64,000 bases of DNA from Eledone cirrhosa (GCA_964016885.1 OZ024763.1:1426001-1490000); one strand, 5' to 3'; counted from the stretch's first letter, positions 1 through 15,900 are shown. Program-made: numbers and translations. The notes: generated by a model not told the origin, from the sequence alone.

Positions 1-70
1 CACACAGAGAAACAAACGGAAACACCACAAGCATATACATCCCTTCACACAAAGAGAGAGAGACATACAC

Positions 71-112
<42 letters not shown>

Positions 113-237
113 CACACATACACACACACACACTGCTGGCCAAGCAAGGGGAACAATTCATGGCTTCTATACCGCTGTTTCTTTTGACAAATAGAAAAAA
201 AAAGTATTCAGGGCCGAATAACAATAATATTAATAAC

Positions 238-271
<34 letters not shown>

Positions 272-517
272 TATTAATGATTATAATTATAAATAAGTGA
301 TCATGCTAAAAATCCAAAGGAAAAAAGAAAAATTTCTGGGGGGGTAGGGGCAATATCTTCAGTCATCATGATCAGAATATGCAAAAGATTGGAAAGAGAG
401 AGAGAAAGAAGAAGAAAAAGAAACTGCTAACGAAACTATTCTTTGTTAGATCCTGCATCAATGACGGTTTTGTTCTGTTGGGAATTTTTTATATATATAA
501 TATAATATATATATGTT

Positions 518-548
<31 letters not shown>

Positions 549-769
549 ATGTATGTATATATATATGTCTATATATATGTGTGTATAAATATATATGTAT
601 GTATATATATATATGTGTGTGTATATATATATAATATATACATATATTTATATATATGTGTATATATATATATGTGTGTATATATATATATAATATATAC
701 ATATATTTATATGTATGTCTATGTATATATATATATATAATATATATTTATATATATATTATATGTGTG

Positions 770-820
<51 letters not shown>

Positions 821-833
821 TTTATATATATAT

Positions 834-915
<82 letters not shown>

Positions 916-945
916 TATATGTATATATTTCAAGACTTTGGGGAA

Positions 946-1008
<63 letters not shown>

Positions 1009-1553
1009 TATACATATTTATATATACATTCATAATTACATACAAAGAGAGAAAAAAAAGGAAAGAAATGAACGAAAAAAGAGGAAAACAAACAACTATT
1101 AAAAGAAAAGATGATATCGTCACCAAAGGTTGTGGTCTCCTTTGCCGTTTTCTTTTTTTTTTTCTTTTCTTTTCTTTTTTCTTTGAATTTCTTCCTTTCT
1201 TTCTTTCCTTCCTTCCTTCATCTTTCTTCTTCTTCTTCCCCCTTCCCCCTCCCCTCCTATAAAAAACAAACAAACTAACACAAACAAACACGGACTCGAA
1301 CTCGAACTAAAAAAGGAACAAGTTGCAACAGTCAACCTCAATACCAGTCTTGTATGCCTGTGCCTTCCACTGTTCTTTTTCTTTATCTTTTTTCTTTCTT
1401 TTTTTACTCCCACCCCTCTTCCCACCACCCTCCCTTTATTCCCTCTCCCTTCCTCTTTCTTCTTCCTCCTCCCTCCTTACTTCCAACCGTGTTTTTTTTT
1501 TGTTTTTTTAAATAATTATGATTTAAACTAATTATTTGTGATGACTGAAGTGA

Positions 1554-1595
<42 letters not shown>

Positions 1596-1633
1596 CCAAA
1601 TTCTAAAAATGTTTTAAGTTTTGATCCATTATT

Positions 1634-1684
<51 letters not shown>

Positions 1685-1929
1685 ATAGTTCTGTACTTTC
1701 ACAATGAAAACCCTTACACCTTGTGATGATATATATGTATATATATATATATATATACACTTATGTATATATCATTTATGCTAGGCTGTTAAACAATAGG
1801 TAGAACCGGTGGTTCGGGTTGGTAGATAATGAGGCAACAGATTTATATATATATATATATATAAACATATACTACTACTACTAACTACAATTGCAACAAC
1901 AAGCTGGCAGTTTTAAGGGTTTCAAAAGT

Positions 1930-1971
<42 letters not shown>

Positions 1972-2373
1972 CTGAACTGAACTGAACTGATGACTTTTTA
2001 AAACACACAAAACAACACTTTGCTATTTAATTAGTATTAGTCGTGGTAATTAATTAATTAATCTTATAATTGATGATAACGATGATGGCTGCTTCATTTG
2101 TACACAGGTTGTAACCTTTTGTTTAATGAAAGGAACAACTACACACACACATATATACATACACATACATGCACTGGTACAATGACACACAAACACACAC
2201 ACACACACACACACACGGACAATGTAATGTGTATATTTTGGGAGAGAAGGGGAGGGGGGGAAACAGATGCAGAAACATAAATTTTATGCCTCTCTGTTCA
2301 TGGAAGTCAGTAAATACATTAATATGAACTGTTGGTGCAGCTAATAATAATAATCACTTATGTCATTGATATG

Positions 2374-2426
<53 letters not shown>

Positions 2427-2456
2427 ACATATATATTCACATATATATATATATAT

Positions 2457-2489
<33 letters not shown>

Positions 2490-2545
2490 CTCATGTATAT
2501 GTGTTTGTATATATGTGTGTATATATATATGTGTGTGTGTATATA

Positions 2546-2588
<43 letters not shown>

Positions 2589-3371
2589 GAAAAGATTTCT
2601 TAAGTAGCTCGATTAATTCCCGGTCGGTTGCCCACTCCTTCCGCCCCACCCCACCTTCCCGATACCCTCCCATAGACCCATCCCCATCCCTCTCTCCTAC
2701 CCCCATTTACTTCTTCCTCTTTCTTTCCTTCCTTCCTTCCTTCCTTCTATATTATATTATATATTTTCTTGCTCCACCCCAAGCAAGTTCCATCACCAGA
2801 AGAAGAAGAAGAAAATCGTCTTGGTTTAACAACACAAAAAAAAAAATTACGAAAAAAAAAAAAAGCCTTAAAAAAATATAACCATAAAACTTTCAAGGGA
2901 GATAATCCCTTGTTATAGTTATGCAACAAACTTTATTTTAATTATTAATAATATATATTTTTTTTTCATTTGGTTGAAGTGTTTTTCAAGGGCTGTTGTT
3001 GTCAATATGTACCAAACACTTCACTGGTTCTATTTATTTGCTATAAACTTAAAAATATTTAGTTGGTAAAAAGAAAAAAAAAAATGTGTGAATTTATTTT
3101 TTAAGAAAAAATTATCATTTTTTTTTTTTTTTTTTTTTTTTTTTCAAAAATCTAAATTTAATATCTCTTCCCGCCCCCTCTCACCTGAGCCCACCACCCG
3201 TTCCTACCCCCTACCTCTCCCGTTCCTACTCCCATCCCACATCCATCTATCCCTGCAGTCCTGTGTATTCTAAAGTATAGAGAGAAGAAATTATTAAAAA
3301 AAAACAATTATATTGCTTTTACAAAATGGACAGTGTGTCTAGAAAGAGAGAATGTATGTATGTGTATATAT

Positions 3372-3405
<34 letters not shown>

Positions 3406-3490
3406 ACATAATATATATATATCACAGAGATTGGTCTCGCCTCTATTTTTTTATCATTTTTTTTCTTAATGTCCTGAAAAAGCCTCTGAA

Positions 3491-3527
<37 letters not shown>

Positions 3528-3830
3528 GTAATGAAGATGATGATGATGATAATTTATGTACCTACCTAACCTCCAGTTGAGTCATTTGCTGTGTGGGTAG
3601 CTTTCAGATGTTGGGTTAACAACAACAACAACAAAAGCAACTATAATAGTAATAATAATGTTAATAATAATAATAATAATAATGATGATGATGATGATGA
3701 TGATTGTTATATGCCCTGCCTCACCCATTTGGCAGGCAGGCTGGCTAGAAGCAAGTAGTAGCCAGCCTCACCATTTGGCAGGCCGGCTGGATGGGGTGGT
3801 CTGGTCTGGTTTTGGACAATGTGACCCCAC

Positions 3831-3949
3831 TTAACCTTTGACATGCTGAACTTTTTTATGAATTGCCTCCCTTGACACTACTGCATTATGTATTAAGCGG
3901 AGATTTCTCTGTCGGCGACATAAGGCGCCCAGAGCGTGCTGAAGGTTAA
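3831..3949. mobile_element. Small TTAA-flanked piggyBac-like MITE or hairpin
   Basis: TTAA-CCTTTGACATGCT...AGCGTGCTGAAGG-TTAA. Confidence 0.5.
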
Positions 3950-4232
3950 TCAGAGTTGGTCACTAACCACCACCACTACCACCACCGCCACCATTACACC
4001 ACCACTACCACCACCACCACCACTGTTTCACCACCACCGCCCTCATCAATCTCTCTCTCTCTCTCTCCTCTCCACCCCTCCCTCCTCCCTCCCTATCATC
4101 ATTCATTTCTTCACTTGAGTTTGCATCACTCCTGACAGCCAATGTTGAATTTAGAAAAAAGAAAAACTCTTTTCCTGCCAAAGTCTCTTAAAATCCTCTG
4201 CAGTATATCTTTTCTTGTGTTGTTAGGTTTTG

Positions 4233-4312
<80 letters not shown>

Positions 4313-4775
4313 GTGTGTTGCCATTGGAGGATACCTCCCTTCTCCCTCGTTCTATCTCTTGTCTCATCTTTCAGATATCTGGATATATATATGTGTGTGT
4401 GTATAATTATATATACATATGACTGAGTGTGCGTATATATATATAATATATATATATTTATTTATTTATGTATATATTACTATGTATATATAATTCTATA
4501 TACACACACACATATATATATTTATGTATATACATATATGAATGTGCGTATGTATATATATTTATATATATATATATTAGAAACTTCCAAGGTTTGTATA
4601 AAATACCGGTTTTATTATGAGGGCAAAGAACTGAACAAGTTATATTTCAAATGCATTAAGAAAATAATCAACTAAAATTTGATTTGAGGGTCATGGATGG
4701 AATTCTTAAGATATCTTTTTTAGACCCCAACCACCTTGTTTTATATATATATATAAATCTGATTATTTATACACA

Positions 4776-4818
<43 letters not shown>

Positions 4819-5659
4819 TGTATTTATCGTTGCTGTCATATATGTATGGCCACTGCCTTTGGTTGTTTTTCTTGGTCGTCACACTTTATTAACTTTTGTG
4901 TTTTACTCTGGATGATAAAGTATTAACTTCTCGCTCCATTGAGTGCTTTGTGATTGCCTCAAACAACTCGAATAGTACCTGCTATATGGCAGCTACAACT
5001 TCGATTCATACCCAATTTATATATATATATATATATTTAAATAATTAAAAAAAGCCATACAATGCACTACAAAATTAAAATACTAAGATAATAGAATCTT
5101 ACCTTAGCAAATTTAATAAATTTGCTAATGTAAGATTCTGTTGTTATCTTAGCAATTTTAAATTTCTAATGCATTGTATGGTTTTCAAAAGTATTTAAAT
5201 GTGTTTCCTATTCAACAATGCTTCAAGCAAACTACAACACTGACATATATATATGTATCATGACAAAAACAACTTAGTACATGCTGTACGGCAGCTACAA
5301 CTTCGATTTATACCCAATATATATATAATGTATATATATACACACACACACATCCAAACACACACTCACACATTTCTTTCTAACATAGCACCGACTGGCA
5401 GCTGATTCTGCTGGTACTGTCTGTGACTGCAAATATTTACAGAGGGAGTCCCATCAACCAAGAAGTTTACATGTAGGGGTTCTCGCTGTTTGCAACTGTG
5501 ATGATACACAAGCCATTAGGATAATAACAAGCGTATTTTTTTTATTTTTTGGTGCTTGCTTACCTCCCTTGAAATCTTTCTCTGTCCTCCTCCTCTTCCG
5601 CCCTTCTTTCTCACACCAAATCAAAGCTATATATATACATATATATTTATATATCTATT

Positions 5660-5692
<33 letters not shown>

Positions 5693-6248
5693 TACAACCA
5701 TAAACTTATTTCCTTCTCTTAGAAACAATATTAGTTTCTAGAATGTGTCTCTTATAATACCAGTGAAGTGAAGTAAACTGCCTTCTCCGACTAACATTCC
5801 ATCAAATATGCTCCTCTTCATCTCTCTCTCTCTCTCTTATATATATATATAATCTACATACACACATATATATATATATATATGCACGTGCACACATAAT
5901 GTTACTACGGTGGATTGGCAGTATCGGTAGAGGGTCGGACGTCATACTTTGACGCATAGAGTTACGGCCCTTTCCATTCTGAGTTCAAATCCCGCCGAGG
6001 TCAACTTTGCCTTTCATCCTTACGGGGTCGATAAAATAAAGTACCAGTAATGTACTGGGTAATTGCTGGCCTTGTGCCTAACGTAGAAACAATTATATTA
6101 TATTGGCTACCCTCCGGTTTTGTACTTAAACAGATCAATTTATTTAAGATAACATATCCCTTAATCTGTTTAGTATTCTCCGCCTCTTTCTCCTTCCTCT
6201 CAACTATGTTCAGTTAACACTAAGTTTCTTCTAAATTTCAATAGTTAC

Positions 6249-6286
<38 letters not shown>

Positions 6287-7483
6287 CATACAATTTGAGC
6301 CATCTTGCTAAAGTTTTTTGCTTGAAGGTGTAATAATACTTCAAGCCAGGAGTAAGGTTTGGTAGAGAAACCTCATGTGGCTTTTTGTACCCAATTTCTA
6401 CTTATTTTTTTAGTAACCCCTCCTCCTCAAAAACCCCCAACCCTGCCCAGCGACTTATCTGTGAATATATACAGTATTTCTTCACTAAATATCTCCATAT
6501 ATATTTGCAATGACCAACTTGTCGACCACCCTAGGTTCCTCATCTCTGTTTCATCAGGTGTCAGACAACAAAAGGTCCTTGTTTTAGTTTTTATCCCGAG
6601 TCTATTCCTGAATTATTAAAGTGATGGAGGAGTTAGAATGGTGCTTATTACAGGTGGGTGCCTTTTTCTTTCTTTTCAGTTTTCTTTTTTCTTCCTTTCT
6701 TTCATTCGGGAAATTCAGTGGAGAGAAGAACTATCGGAATATTTTGCTAGGAAGTATCAACAAAACTTTTATTTGCTGCTAAATAATATTTTTGTATTAA
6801 CTGAGCGTTAGACAAATGTTTAGCATTCACTGGCTCTTTCTTTACATTCTGAGTTCAAATCCCACTGAGGTCAACTTTTTGAGAGTTGGACAAAATGCTT
6901 AGCGGTATTTTTCTGTGTCTTTACTTTCTGAGTTCAAATCCTACTGAGGTCGATTTTTGCCTTTCATCCTTCTGAGGTTGATGAAATAAAGTGCCAGTGA
7001 AGTGCTGGGTCAATTTAATCGGCTTGCTTCTCCCTCGTACCCCAAAATTGCTGGTCTTGTGCCAGAATTAGAAAGCAGGGTGGTGGATTGGTAGAGCATT
7101 GGACAACCTGCTTAAAGCTCTTTATGTTCTAAGTTCAAATTTTTCCTTTTTTTTTTTTTCTTCTGCTATCCATCATAAATTCTACTATTTAACTCTTTAC
7201 CACTATTGTATTTTCATGGTAAAGTCTTTATCTCACATTATATCGAATCTATGAGATTTTGATATTATTTATGTTGAGAACAATACCTTAACATCGGTAT
7301 GAGTGGCCAGTTTGAACAGAAAGAAGTGAGAGAATTCTAGTAGGATATGGGTTAATAAACATCAGAGCAGTCACCTTTCTACATTTGATGGCTTCTTGGT
7401 TGAATTTCTTTCCTCCTCTTTTCTGGACATTCAGCATTCCTTGGAAGTGTGTATGTATATATATATATATATATATCTATATA

Positions 7484-7544
<61 letters not shown>

Positions 7545-7684
7545 ATGTATCTTCTTAAACCCATCCTCCTCCCCTCTCTCACATCGTAGTTATTTAGTTT
7601 GACTTTTGGAAAGTGATGTAAGATGGATTGATATCGGGGGGGAGTGGGGGAGAGACAGCCCCTTGGTTCTTATTTTATATAATA

Positions 7685-7718
<34 letters not shown>

Positions 7719-9828
7719 ATGGTGGTATTTTACTGTAGTTTTCAATGCCTGAAAGAAACAACAATAACAACACCAACTAACAAAAAGATTTATACAAGAA
7801 AATCGAAGTAGTTATTATTATTTTTTTCCACTCATATTTCTAAAGCAGAGCATTTGTCCTTAAGTAGGAAGATTCTAATTCTCTGTTGCTTAAAAATATT
7901 TCTTTGTTCATTTGTGACAGATGATTAAATGTAAAATAATAAATTTTTATCGATGATATAATTTCAAAATATATTCTTTTTTTTTTCTTTGTGTTTTTTT
8001 TTTTTTTTTTTTTGATTTAAAAAAAAAAATTTTTTTTTTTCTAAATTTTTCCGACGCCAATTTTACCCACAAAACAGATGTTAAAAAATTGTGCTGTAGA
8101 GTCCTTGTCCTGTCGTGTCTCCATCATTCCATCTGTGTCGAGGGGATAAAAATGCCTTATACATCATTCCTGTGTTTGCTAAACCTGCTTGATGGTGTAC
8201 AGATAATAAAAATAATAATGCCATATATATATATAATGTATATATATGTGTGAGTATACATAATTATATACATATATATATATATAATGTATGTATATAT
8301 ATATATATATATAATGTATATATATATATAATGTATATATATGTGTGAATATATATAATTATATACACATATATATAAATATAATGTATGTGTGTGTATA
8401 TATATATATATATATATAATGTGTATATATGTGTGAATATATATAATTATATATATATATATATATATATAATATGTATATATGTGTGAATATATATAAT
8501 TATATACATATATATAAATAATGTATGTGTGTGTATATATATATATATACATATATATAATGTGTGTGTGCGTATGAGAATGATAATGATTCTTACTTTA
8601 AAAAAATCTTCTTCAGCTGTTATCTTGTAATATATAATAGAGGACTTCTTTGTTTCAACTCTGCTCTTCTCTGTATGTCTCTCACCCCCCCTCTCTCTCT
8701 CTCTACATATATATATATATGTGTATGTAAGGCTCCCTCTCTGGTATCTCACCATTCTCACCCACTGTCCTCTATCCCTGACCTTCTCATCTGTCTCCAA
8801 CCATTGTCAGTCTCTCTCAACTCATTGTCCAGTCAGGGTCTCTATTCAACCTTCCTTAGTCTGATCAGGGGTCACTGTCAACTCATTCTCTCTGACAAGT
8901 TCCCACCAATGTCCAACCACCATATGTCCTAATTAAGGTCACATCTAGTTCTCATCACTGTTCAACTACTGTTGTCCTATTAAGGTCACTGTTCAACTGT
9001 TGCTGTCTGTTCGGGGTCAATGACCAGAAGTCACTGTCCAGTTGACAGATGTGGTCCAATTACCAGATGTCATCACTCTTGTCTTCTAATTCAGTTTTCT
9101 CTCTGCTCTGCTCTGTTCCTGTTCTTGTCAACAGAAATTTCCAATAACTTTTAGTAAACGTGTGGGTGGGCCGGGGTGACCCAGCCTTAGATGTGTGTGG
9201 GGGGTGGGCTGGGGTTTATGGGGGTATAATTTCTAAATTTGATTATAAACAAACACACAACTAACACAAATACACATATACACACTAACACAAATACACA
9301 CATACACAAATACACACATACACACTAACACAAATACACACATACACACTAACACAGACATATTTATTGAACCAATAAAAATTTGGTTTAATTTGAGAGA
9401 TTCTTGCCCTTAATACTATTACTACTACTACTACAACTAGTACCACTTCTATTACTAGTACTACTACTACTTCTACAACTACTACTATTACTACTACTAC
9501 TACTACTACTACCACTAATAATGATTTCTTGTATAGGCACAAGGCCAGTAATTTGGGGGAGGGGAAAGTCGATTTAATCAACCCCAGTACATTACTGGTA
9601 CTTTATTTAATCGACCCTGTAAGGATGAAAGGCAAAGTCCCTCGGTGGGATTTGAACTCAGATCATAAAGGGCCGTAACTCTATGCTGCAAAGCATGGTG
9701 TCCAACCCTCTACCGATACTGCCAATCCACCGACTTTACTACCACTAATAATAATAATAATGATTTAAGGAACTGCAACTGTGAGCCCTATTCTGTTCAA
9801 TGAAGAACTAAGAAGACAAGAAAGGGTC

Positions 9829-10118
9829 TTAACCCTTTACCATTTACATTACTCTATATATGCTATTTGTATTTTCATGGTAAAGGCTTTACCTCACATA
9901 ATATCTCACATAACATTTACATTACTCTAGATATACTATTGTATTTTCACAGTAAAGGCTTTACCTCACATAATATCAATTCTATGAGATTTTGATATTA
10001 TTTATTTTGAGAAAAATACCTTAACATCAGTATGAGTGGCCAGTTACAGCCGGTTTGAACAGAAAGAGATGAGAGAACTCTGGCCGGATATGGCTGGTTT
10101 AAATGCTAAAGGGTCTTA
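9829..10118. mobile_element. piggyBac-like (TTAA) MITE; deleted copy at ~7189-7354, fragment at ~31053
   Basis: ttaaccctttaccattt...aaatgctaaaggg; internal sequence shared between copies. Confidence 0.7.
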
Positions 10119-10371
10119 AACCCAAACCTTATTATTTTGCTATTATTTTATGTTTTCAATATTTAAACAAAAAATATTTAAAATATAAATTATTAATTTA
10201 TAATTATTTCCCTGCTATTTAATATATAATCCCCGGTGGAGTCACATAGCACAAGGCAGGGAGGAGTATGTTGCGCCACATGTTGGCTAATTAGGTTTTT
10301 TAATTAAATCCTCAGTTTTCAAGTTTTTCTTAACGATCATCACAATATTGTCTTGGTCGTACATCCAAGTG

Positions 10372-10742
10372 CAGCTGGTTTGCAGGCAGTGGTATGGTTG
10401 CACTAGAACTGTTACATAGCACCTAGATGCACTCGGCTGCAACTGGGATGCAGGCAGTGGTATGGTTGCACTAGAACTGTTACATAGCACCTAGATGCAC
10501 TTGGCTGCAACTGGGATGCAGGCAGTGGTATGGTTGCACTAGAACTGTTACATAGCACCGAGATGCACTCGGCTGCAACTGGGATGCAGGCAGTGGTATG
10601 GTTGCACTAGAACTGTTACCTAGCGCCTAGACGCACTCGGCTGCAACTGGGATGCAGGCAGTGGTATGGTTGCACTAGAACTGTTACCTAGCGCCTAGAC
10701 GCACTCGGCTGCAACTGGGATGCAGGCAGTGGTATGGTTGCA
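10372..10742. repeat. 68-bp tandem repeat, ~5.4 copies
   Basis: gcaggcagtggtatggttgcactagaactgttac... at 10382, 10450, 10518 and onward. Confidence 0.95.
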
Positions 10743-11117
10743 CCCATCACCTGTCATCTAGCTGCACCAGGTAGGTGCAACTGTCTGGCAGACAATGTGT
10801 ATTGCAGCACCAGATAAGTGCAGCTGGTTTACAGGCAGTGGTACAGTTGCACCAGATAAATGCATCTGGTTTGCCGTCAGTGGTATAGTTTCACCAGATA
10901 GATGTAGCTGGTCTGTCTGTAGTAATGCTGCACCAGTCAGCTCTCTTAATTCATGTGCATTATTTTATTATTATTATTGTTCACCCTCACCCCACCCTTT
11001 TCTGAATGTCTCACATCAATACCAGTAATTACTTCAGGACCAGCTCTTACCAACCTCTGTCGAGGCTTGTGTCCAGAGGAGGAAGACTCAAGTGTATGGT
11101 TTTATATAAAAGTACAG

Positions 11118-11798
11118 TGTGTGTATGTATATATATATATATATATGTGTCTGTGTGTATATATATGTATATGTATATCTCTATATATGTATGTGTATAT
11201 ATATGTATATCTCTATATATGTATATCTCTCTATATATATATGCATATGTATCTATGTATATCTGTATATATGTATGTGTATATATATATGTATATGTAT
11301 ATATCTGTGTATGTATATATGTATATCTCTATATATGTATGTGTATATATATGTATATCTCTATATATATATGTATATCTGTATATATGTATGTCTCTAT
11401 ATATATATGTATATGTATGTATATCTATGTATATCTGTATATATGTATGTGTATATATATGTATGTCTCTATATATATATGTATATGTATGTATATCTAT
11501 GTATATCTGTATATATGTATGTGTATATATATGTATGTCTCTATATATATATGTATATCTGTATATATGTATATCTCTATATATATATGTATATGTATGT
11601 ATATGTATATCTCTATATATATATGTATATGTATGTATATCTATGTATATCTGTATATATGTATGTGTATATATATGTATATGTATATATCTGTGTATGT
11701 ATATATGTATATCTGTATATATGTATGTGTATATATATGTATATGTATATATCTGTGTATGTATATATGTATATCTGTATATATGTATATCTGTGTAT
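11118..11798. repeat. TA-rich compound minisatellite
   Basis: gtatatctgtatatatgtatgt variants; source of spurious Y/I/M ORFs. Confidence 0.9.
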
Positions 11799-12181
11799 AG
11801 TGCAAGGACCAGGAAGCCCAGAAAGGCTATAGTTGAAACGGATGAACACTCCAACTACACACACACATACACATACATCCACAAACATGCATACACACAC
11901 ACATTATATAAACACATGTAAATATATATATATATATATAGAAAGAGAGAGAATTATAACATTATTCAGTTTCCGAGTAATCAATTAATTTTATTATGTA
12001 ACATGTGAGACCACAGAAGTGTTTCATTCAACAGTGGAATTATTTCATTTTGTAAATCTTGTGGTAGTTCCACTGGAGGTTCCACCAATTTACAGAGTAT
12101 ATAGAAAAATTTACAAAATTATTATTTAAAACATCACATTCTGGAATGTGATGTTTTAAATAATAATATTGTTAACTTACT

Positions 12182-12497
12182 TATATATATATAACATGTT
12201 GTATATATATATATAACATGTTGTATATATATATATATAACATGTTGTATATATATATATAACATGTTGTATATATATATATATAACATGTTGTATATAT
12301 ATATATATATATAACATGTTATATATATATATATATAACATGTTATATATATATATATATATAACATGTTATATATATATATATATATAACATGTATATA
12401 TATATATATATAACATGTTATATATATATATATATAACATGTTGTATATATATATATATATAACATGTTGTATATATATATATATATAACATGTTGT
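12182..12497. repeat. (TA)n-ACATGTT(G) minisatellite
   Basis: About a dozen copies with variable TA length. Confidence 0.9.
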
Positions 12498-12695
12498 AGC
12501 TCTGGTTCGTTAGAATTTATTGAGCGCTTGCCACACATCTCGGAAGTTGTTTTTCGCTAATTTCCAATAGCCGAAATACGATTCTCGCTAATTTATATTT
12601 GTATATATATATATATATAAGTTAACAAAATGATTATATATATATACATCTTTAAATAATAATTTTGTTAACTTATTTATATATATATACATATT

Positions 12696-12733
<38 letters not shown>

Positions 12734-13355
12734 TAAGTAGAACTATACATCTCCAGCACCGGTCAGCAGATTATATATATATATAGGAAGTAGAGCACTC
12801 AGTTCAGAGCACAGGTTCCGGTATAAAGTTAGTCTCACCCAACAGATTCTCATCCGTTGGGTGATATGTGCGTCCTTGAGGTTGCTTTGCTAATTTGATG
12901 TGGAACTAACTTCATGTATATATAGGATAAACTCTACTACCCAAAGTATTAAGTACTCTGGTGCGTTATGGTCCGCTTGGTTCCTTATGAGACTTAGTTA
13001 TATATATGTATATATATCGGAAGATGGGCCTCTCTAAATATTTCACTTCTTGTTTCAAAGGAAGCTGTATTATCTCTATCTATCCTATCACTTAAACTTT
13101 GGCAAGTCAGTTGGGCATGAAGGTGAGAAACTAAATTTTCTTTTCTTTGTTTTACCAAACCGAGTTACTTCCCCTGTGTATTAGTCCTCTCTAGCTTGTG
13201 TTGGGTTCCATAAATTTGAAACTTGAAGAAAAAACAAACATTTGACTTCAAAACAAAATAAAGTACTGTGGGTTGTGTGACTGAGTAAAATCTCTTCATA
13301 GCTGTGCCCCAGCATGGCCTTATTCTAATGACTGAAACCAGTAAAGAAATATGCA

Positions 13356-13399
<44 letters not shown>

Positions 13400-13730
13400 C
13401 ATATGTATGTACACATTGTTATATATATCTGCTGCCATTCCCTCACACCCCCACCTCTCACCTCTGTCATCCTGTCTGTCTGTGCGGCCACCACCCTGTC
13501 TGTCTGTGTGGCCACCACCCTGTCTGTCGAGACAGGACACAAACTGATTCGACTGCTGCAGTTGGGTTCAAGGAAGATTAATGCTGTTATTTACTTTTGG
13601 TTCATCAACTACACACAACAACCCATTACTATATATATAGTCTAGTGGGCCATTGCTAGATAAATCTGCTCTTGGCTCTGTAACGTACCCCAAACACATC
13701 TCAATATATACACACACATGTATATATATA

Positions 13731-13763
<33 letters not shown>

Positions 13764-13908
13764 CCCCCCCATTGGTATCTACACTTCCTAAGACTGGCTG
13801 TTATTTAGATCATTAAAAGCTTAACATTTCAAATGGCTCTTTTGATGGGTTTGACACCACACACGTGCGAATATTAAATTATGAGACAACACATGCCATC
13901 TCTCTGTT

Positions 13909-13949
<41 letters not shown>

Positions 13950-14101
13950 TGAGGTTGTCAACTCAGTATTTTTTACAAACTCTCCCATCCCACATATGCC
14001 CTCTACTCAAATGTTTATCTGACATTCTTTTAAAACTTGGGGGAGTTATATCTAATTTAATAAACTAACATGAAATCTGCCCTCAGAACAAATCCATTGG
14101 A

Positions 14102-14148
<47 letters not shown>

Positions 14149-14316
14149 TGATGTGATATATATGTATATATTGTGTATATGTATATACACTAACAAAGGG
14201 ATGCTGCAAACTTTTTTGGCTTAAATCACCTCCCAAAATCTTTCAGTGTTTCTTCATATATATGAGAATAGAATTGGTGAGATGGGTTAAACCTAGGGCT
14301 TTTTAACATCCCTCCC

Positions 14317-14371
<55 letters not shown>

Positions 14372-15063
14372 CACACTCCATACTGGCACAGTATTGTGTT
14401 ATCTTTGTCTCATCTTTTTCTTCTCCCTCTCATCTCTCTCCCTCTCTCTCTGATATAGTCCCTTTTGCTGATGTCAATCTGTTTGTCTATATTTGGAGGG
14501 GGGAGGGGTCATTAAAAAAAAAAGCAAAAAAAAAAAGCTAGTTCTGTTGTCCGCATTCAAGAGTTGTGTTTTTTTTTTCTTCTATTTTTTTTTTTTTTTT
14601 TTTTCAAAGGATAAAAAGAAATCTTACCTTAAAACTTTATTGAATGTAGACTAACTCTCATTTTTCCAGCTGTTCTTCCCTCACCCCACCCTATACCCAG
14701 TCACCTCTCTTACTACCCACCCCCCTCATCAAGGGTCCTCCCCCACCCCACCCTGTCTTAATTTCTTGCAGAGAAGAGTTTTTTTTTTTTTTTTTTTTTC
14801 CACATTTGTAATATAATGTAAATGATTTTAGAACACTAACTCTGTCCTTGTTTTTACTTTAAAGAGAAAAAAAAATCACAGAAAAGACATTTTAAAATAT
14901 TTGAAAACATATATAAAAGAACAAAAAAAAATGCAAACAAAAATGATTTCAAAGCAAGAAATAATTTGTTATGTCTAAAAGTAATAAAATTATGAGGAGA
15001 AAACCAAGTTCTTCGTTCAGTTTCTTATTTTCTTCGTGTTTTCTTTAATTCTGTAATTATGTG

Positions 15064-15099
<36 letters not shown>

Positions 15100-15737
15100 G
15101 CTCCAGCATGGCCTCAGCCCGATGGCTGGAACAGGTAAAAGAGTAAAAGAGAGTATATATATATATATTTCTTGTAAATGTGTATATATATATATATATA
15201 TATTTAATTCTTGTAAATGTATATATTTAATTCTTGTAAATGTATATATATATATAATTCTTGTAAATGTATATATATATATAATTCTTGTAAATGTGTA
15301 TATATATATATATATATATAATTTTTGTAAATGTGTATATGTATATATATATTATATAATAATGAAAATTATTGTGTACAGTGCTCAGGTGCACTACAAC
15401 TCATCAAAGGTGCATGTATAGTACATAGAATAATGTACAAATGTCAGGAAAGTGAACACTATGAGTATTGATACATACACATGCATATATAATGGCTTGC
15501 TGCCCTGACCATGGATACATTAAAGCTCCAACATACTCTGTATGGTTTAAATACACAAGTCTCCGATATCCAAATAGCTAAATGTCAGTTGAAGGGTGAC
15601 CTGAATGTGGCTTGGCTCCTGTCAGTGTTTAAGAAGTTCAGGGCTGAAACACTTGGTCAAGTGGAGTTTATTATCTGAAAACCTGTTTCGCAGCTCTCCT
15701 GTGAGTTTCTAACCACTGTCTATATATGTATATATAT

Positions 15738-15900
15738 AAGACCACAAAAAAGATTGGCGGAGGTGGTGAGAGCTGACCTCAAATCGCTGAGACTCACAGA
15801 GGAGATAACAAAGGACCGTGACAAGTGGAGAGATGCTGTGCTGAAGAAGACCCGTCCCACCCTTGCAAGCAGGGAAAAGCAGACATAAAATGATGATGAT
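15738..15900 (+). mobile_element. 3' end of a second RTE-like family
   Basis: RPQKR..EVVRADLKSL...DRDKWRDAV then (GAT)n; a related tail lies on minus at ~31835-31985. Confidence 0.7.

Noticed and set aside
5907-6090. tRNA gene
   Set aside because: A/B boxes belong to a SINE head followed by core and tail; no intact cloverleaf.
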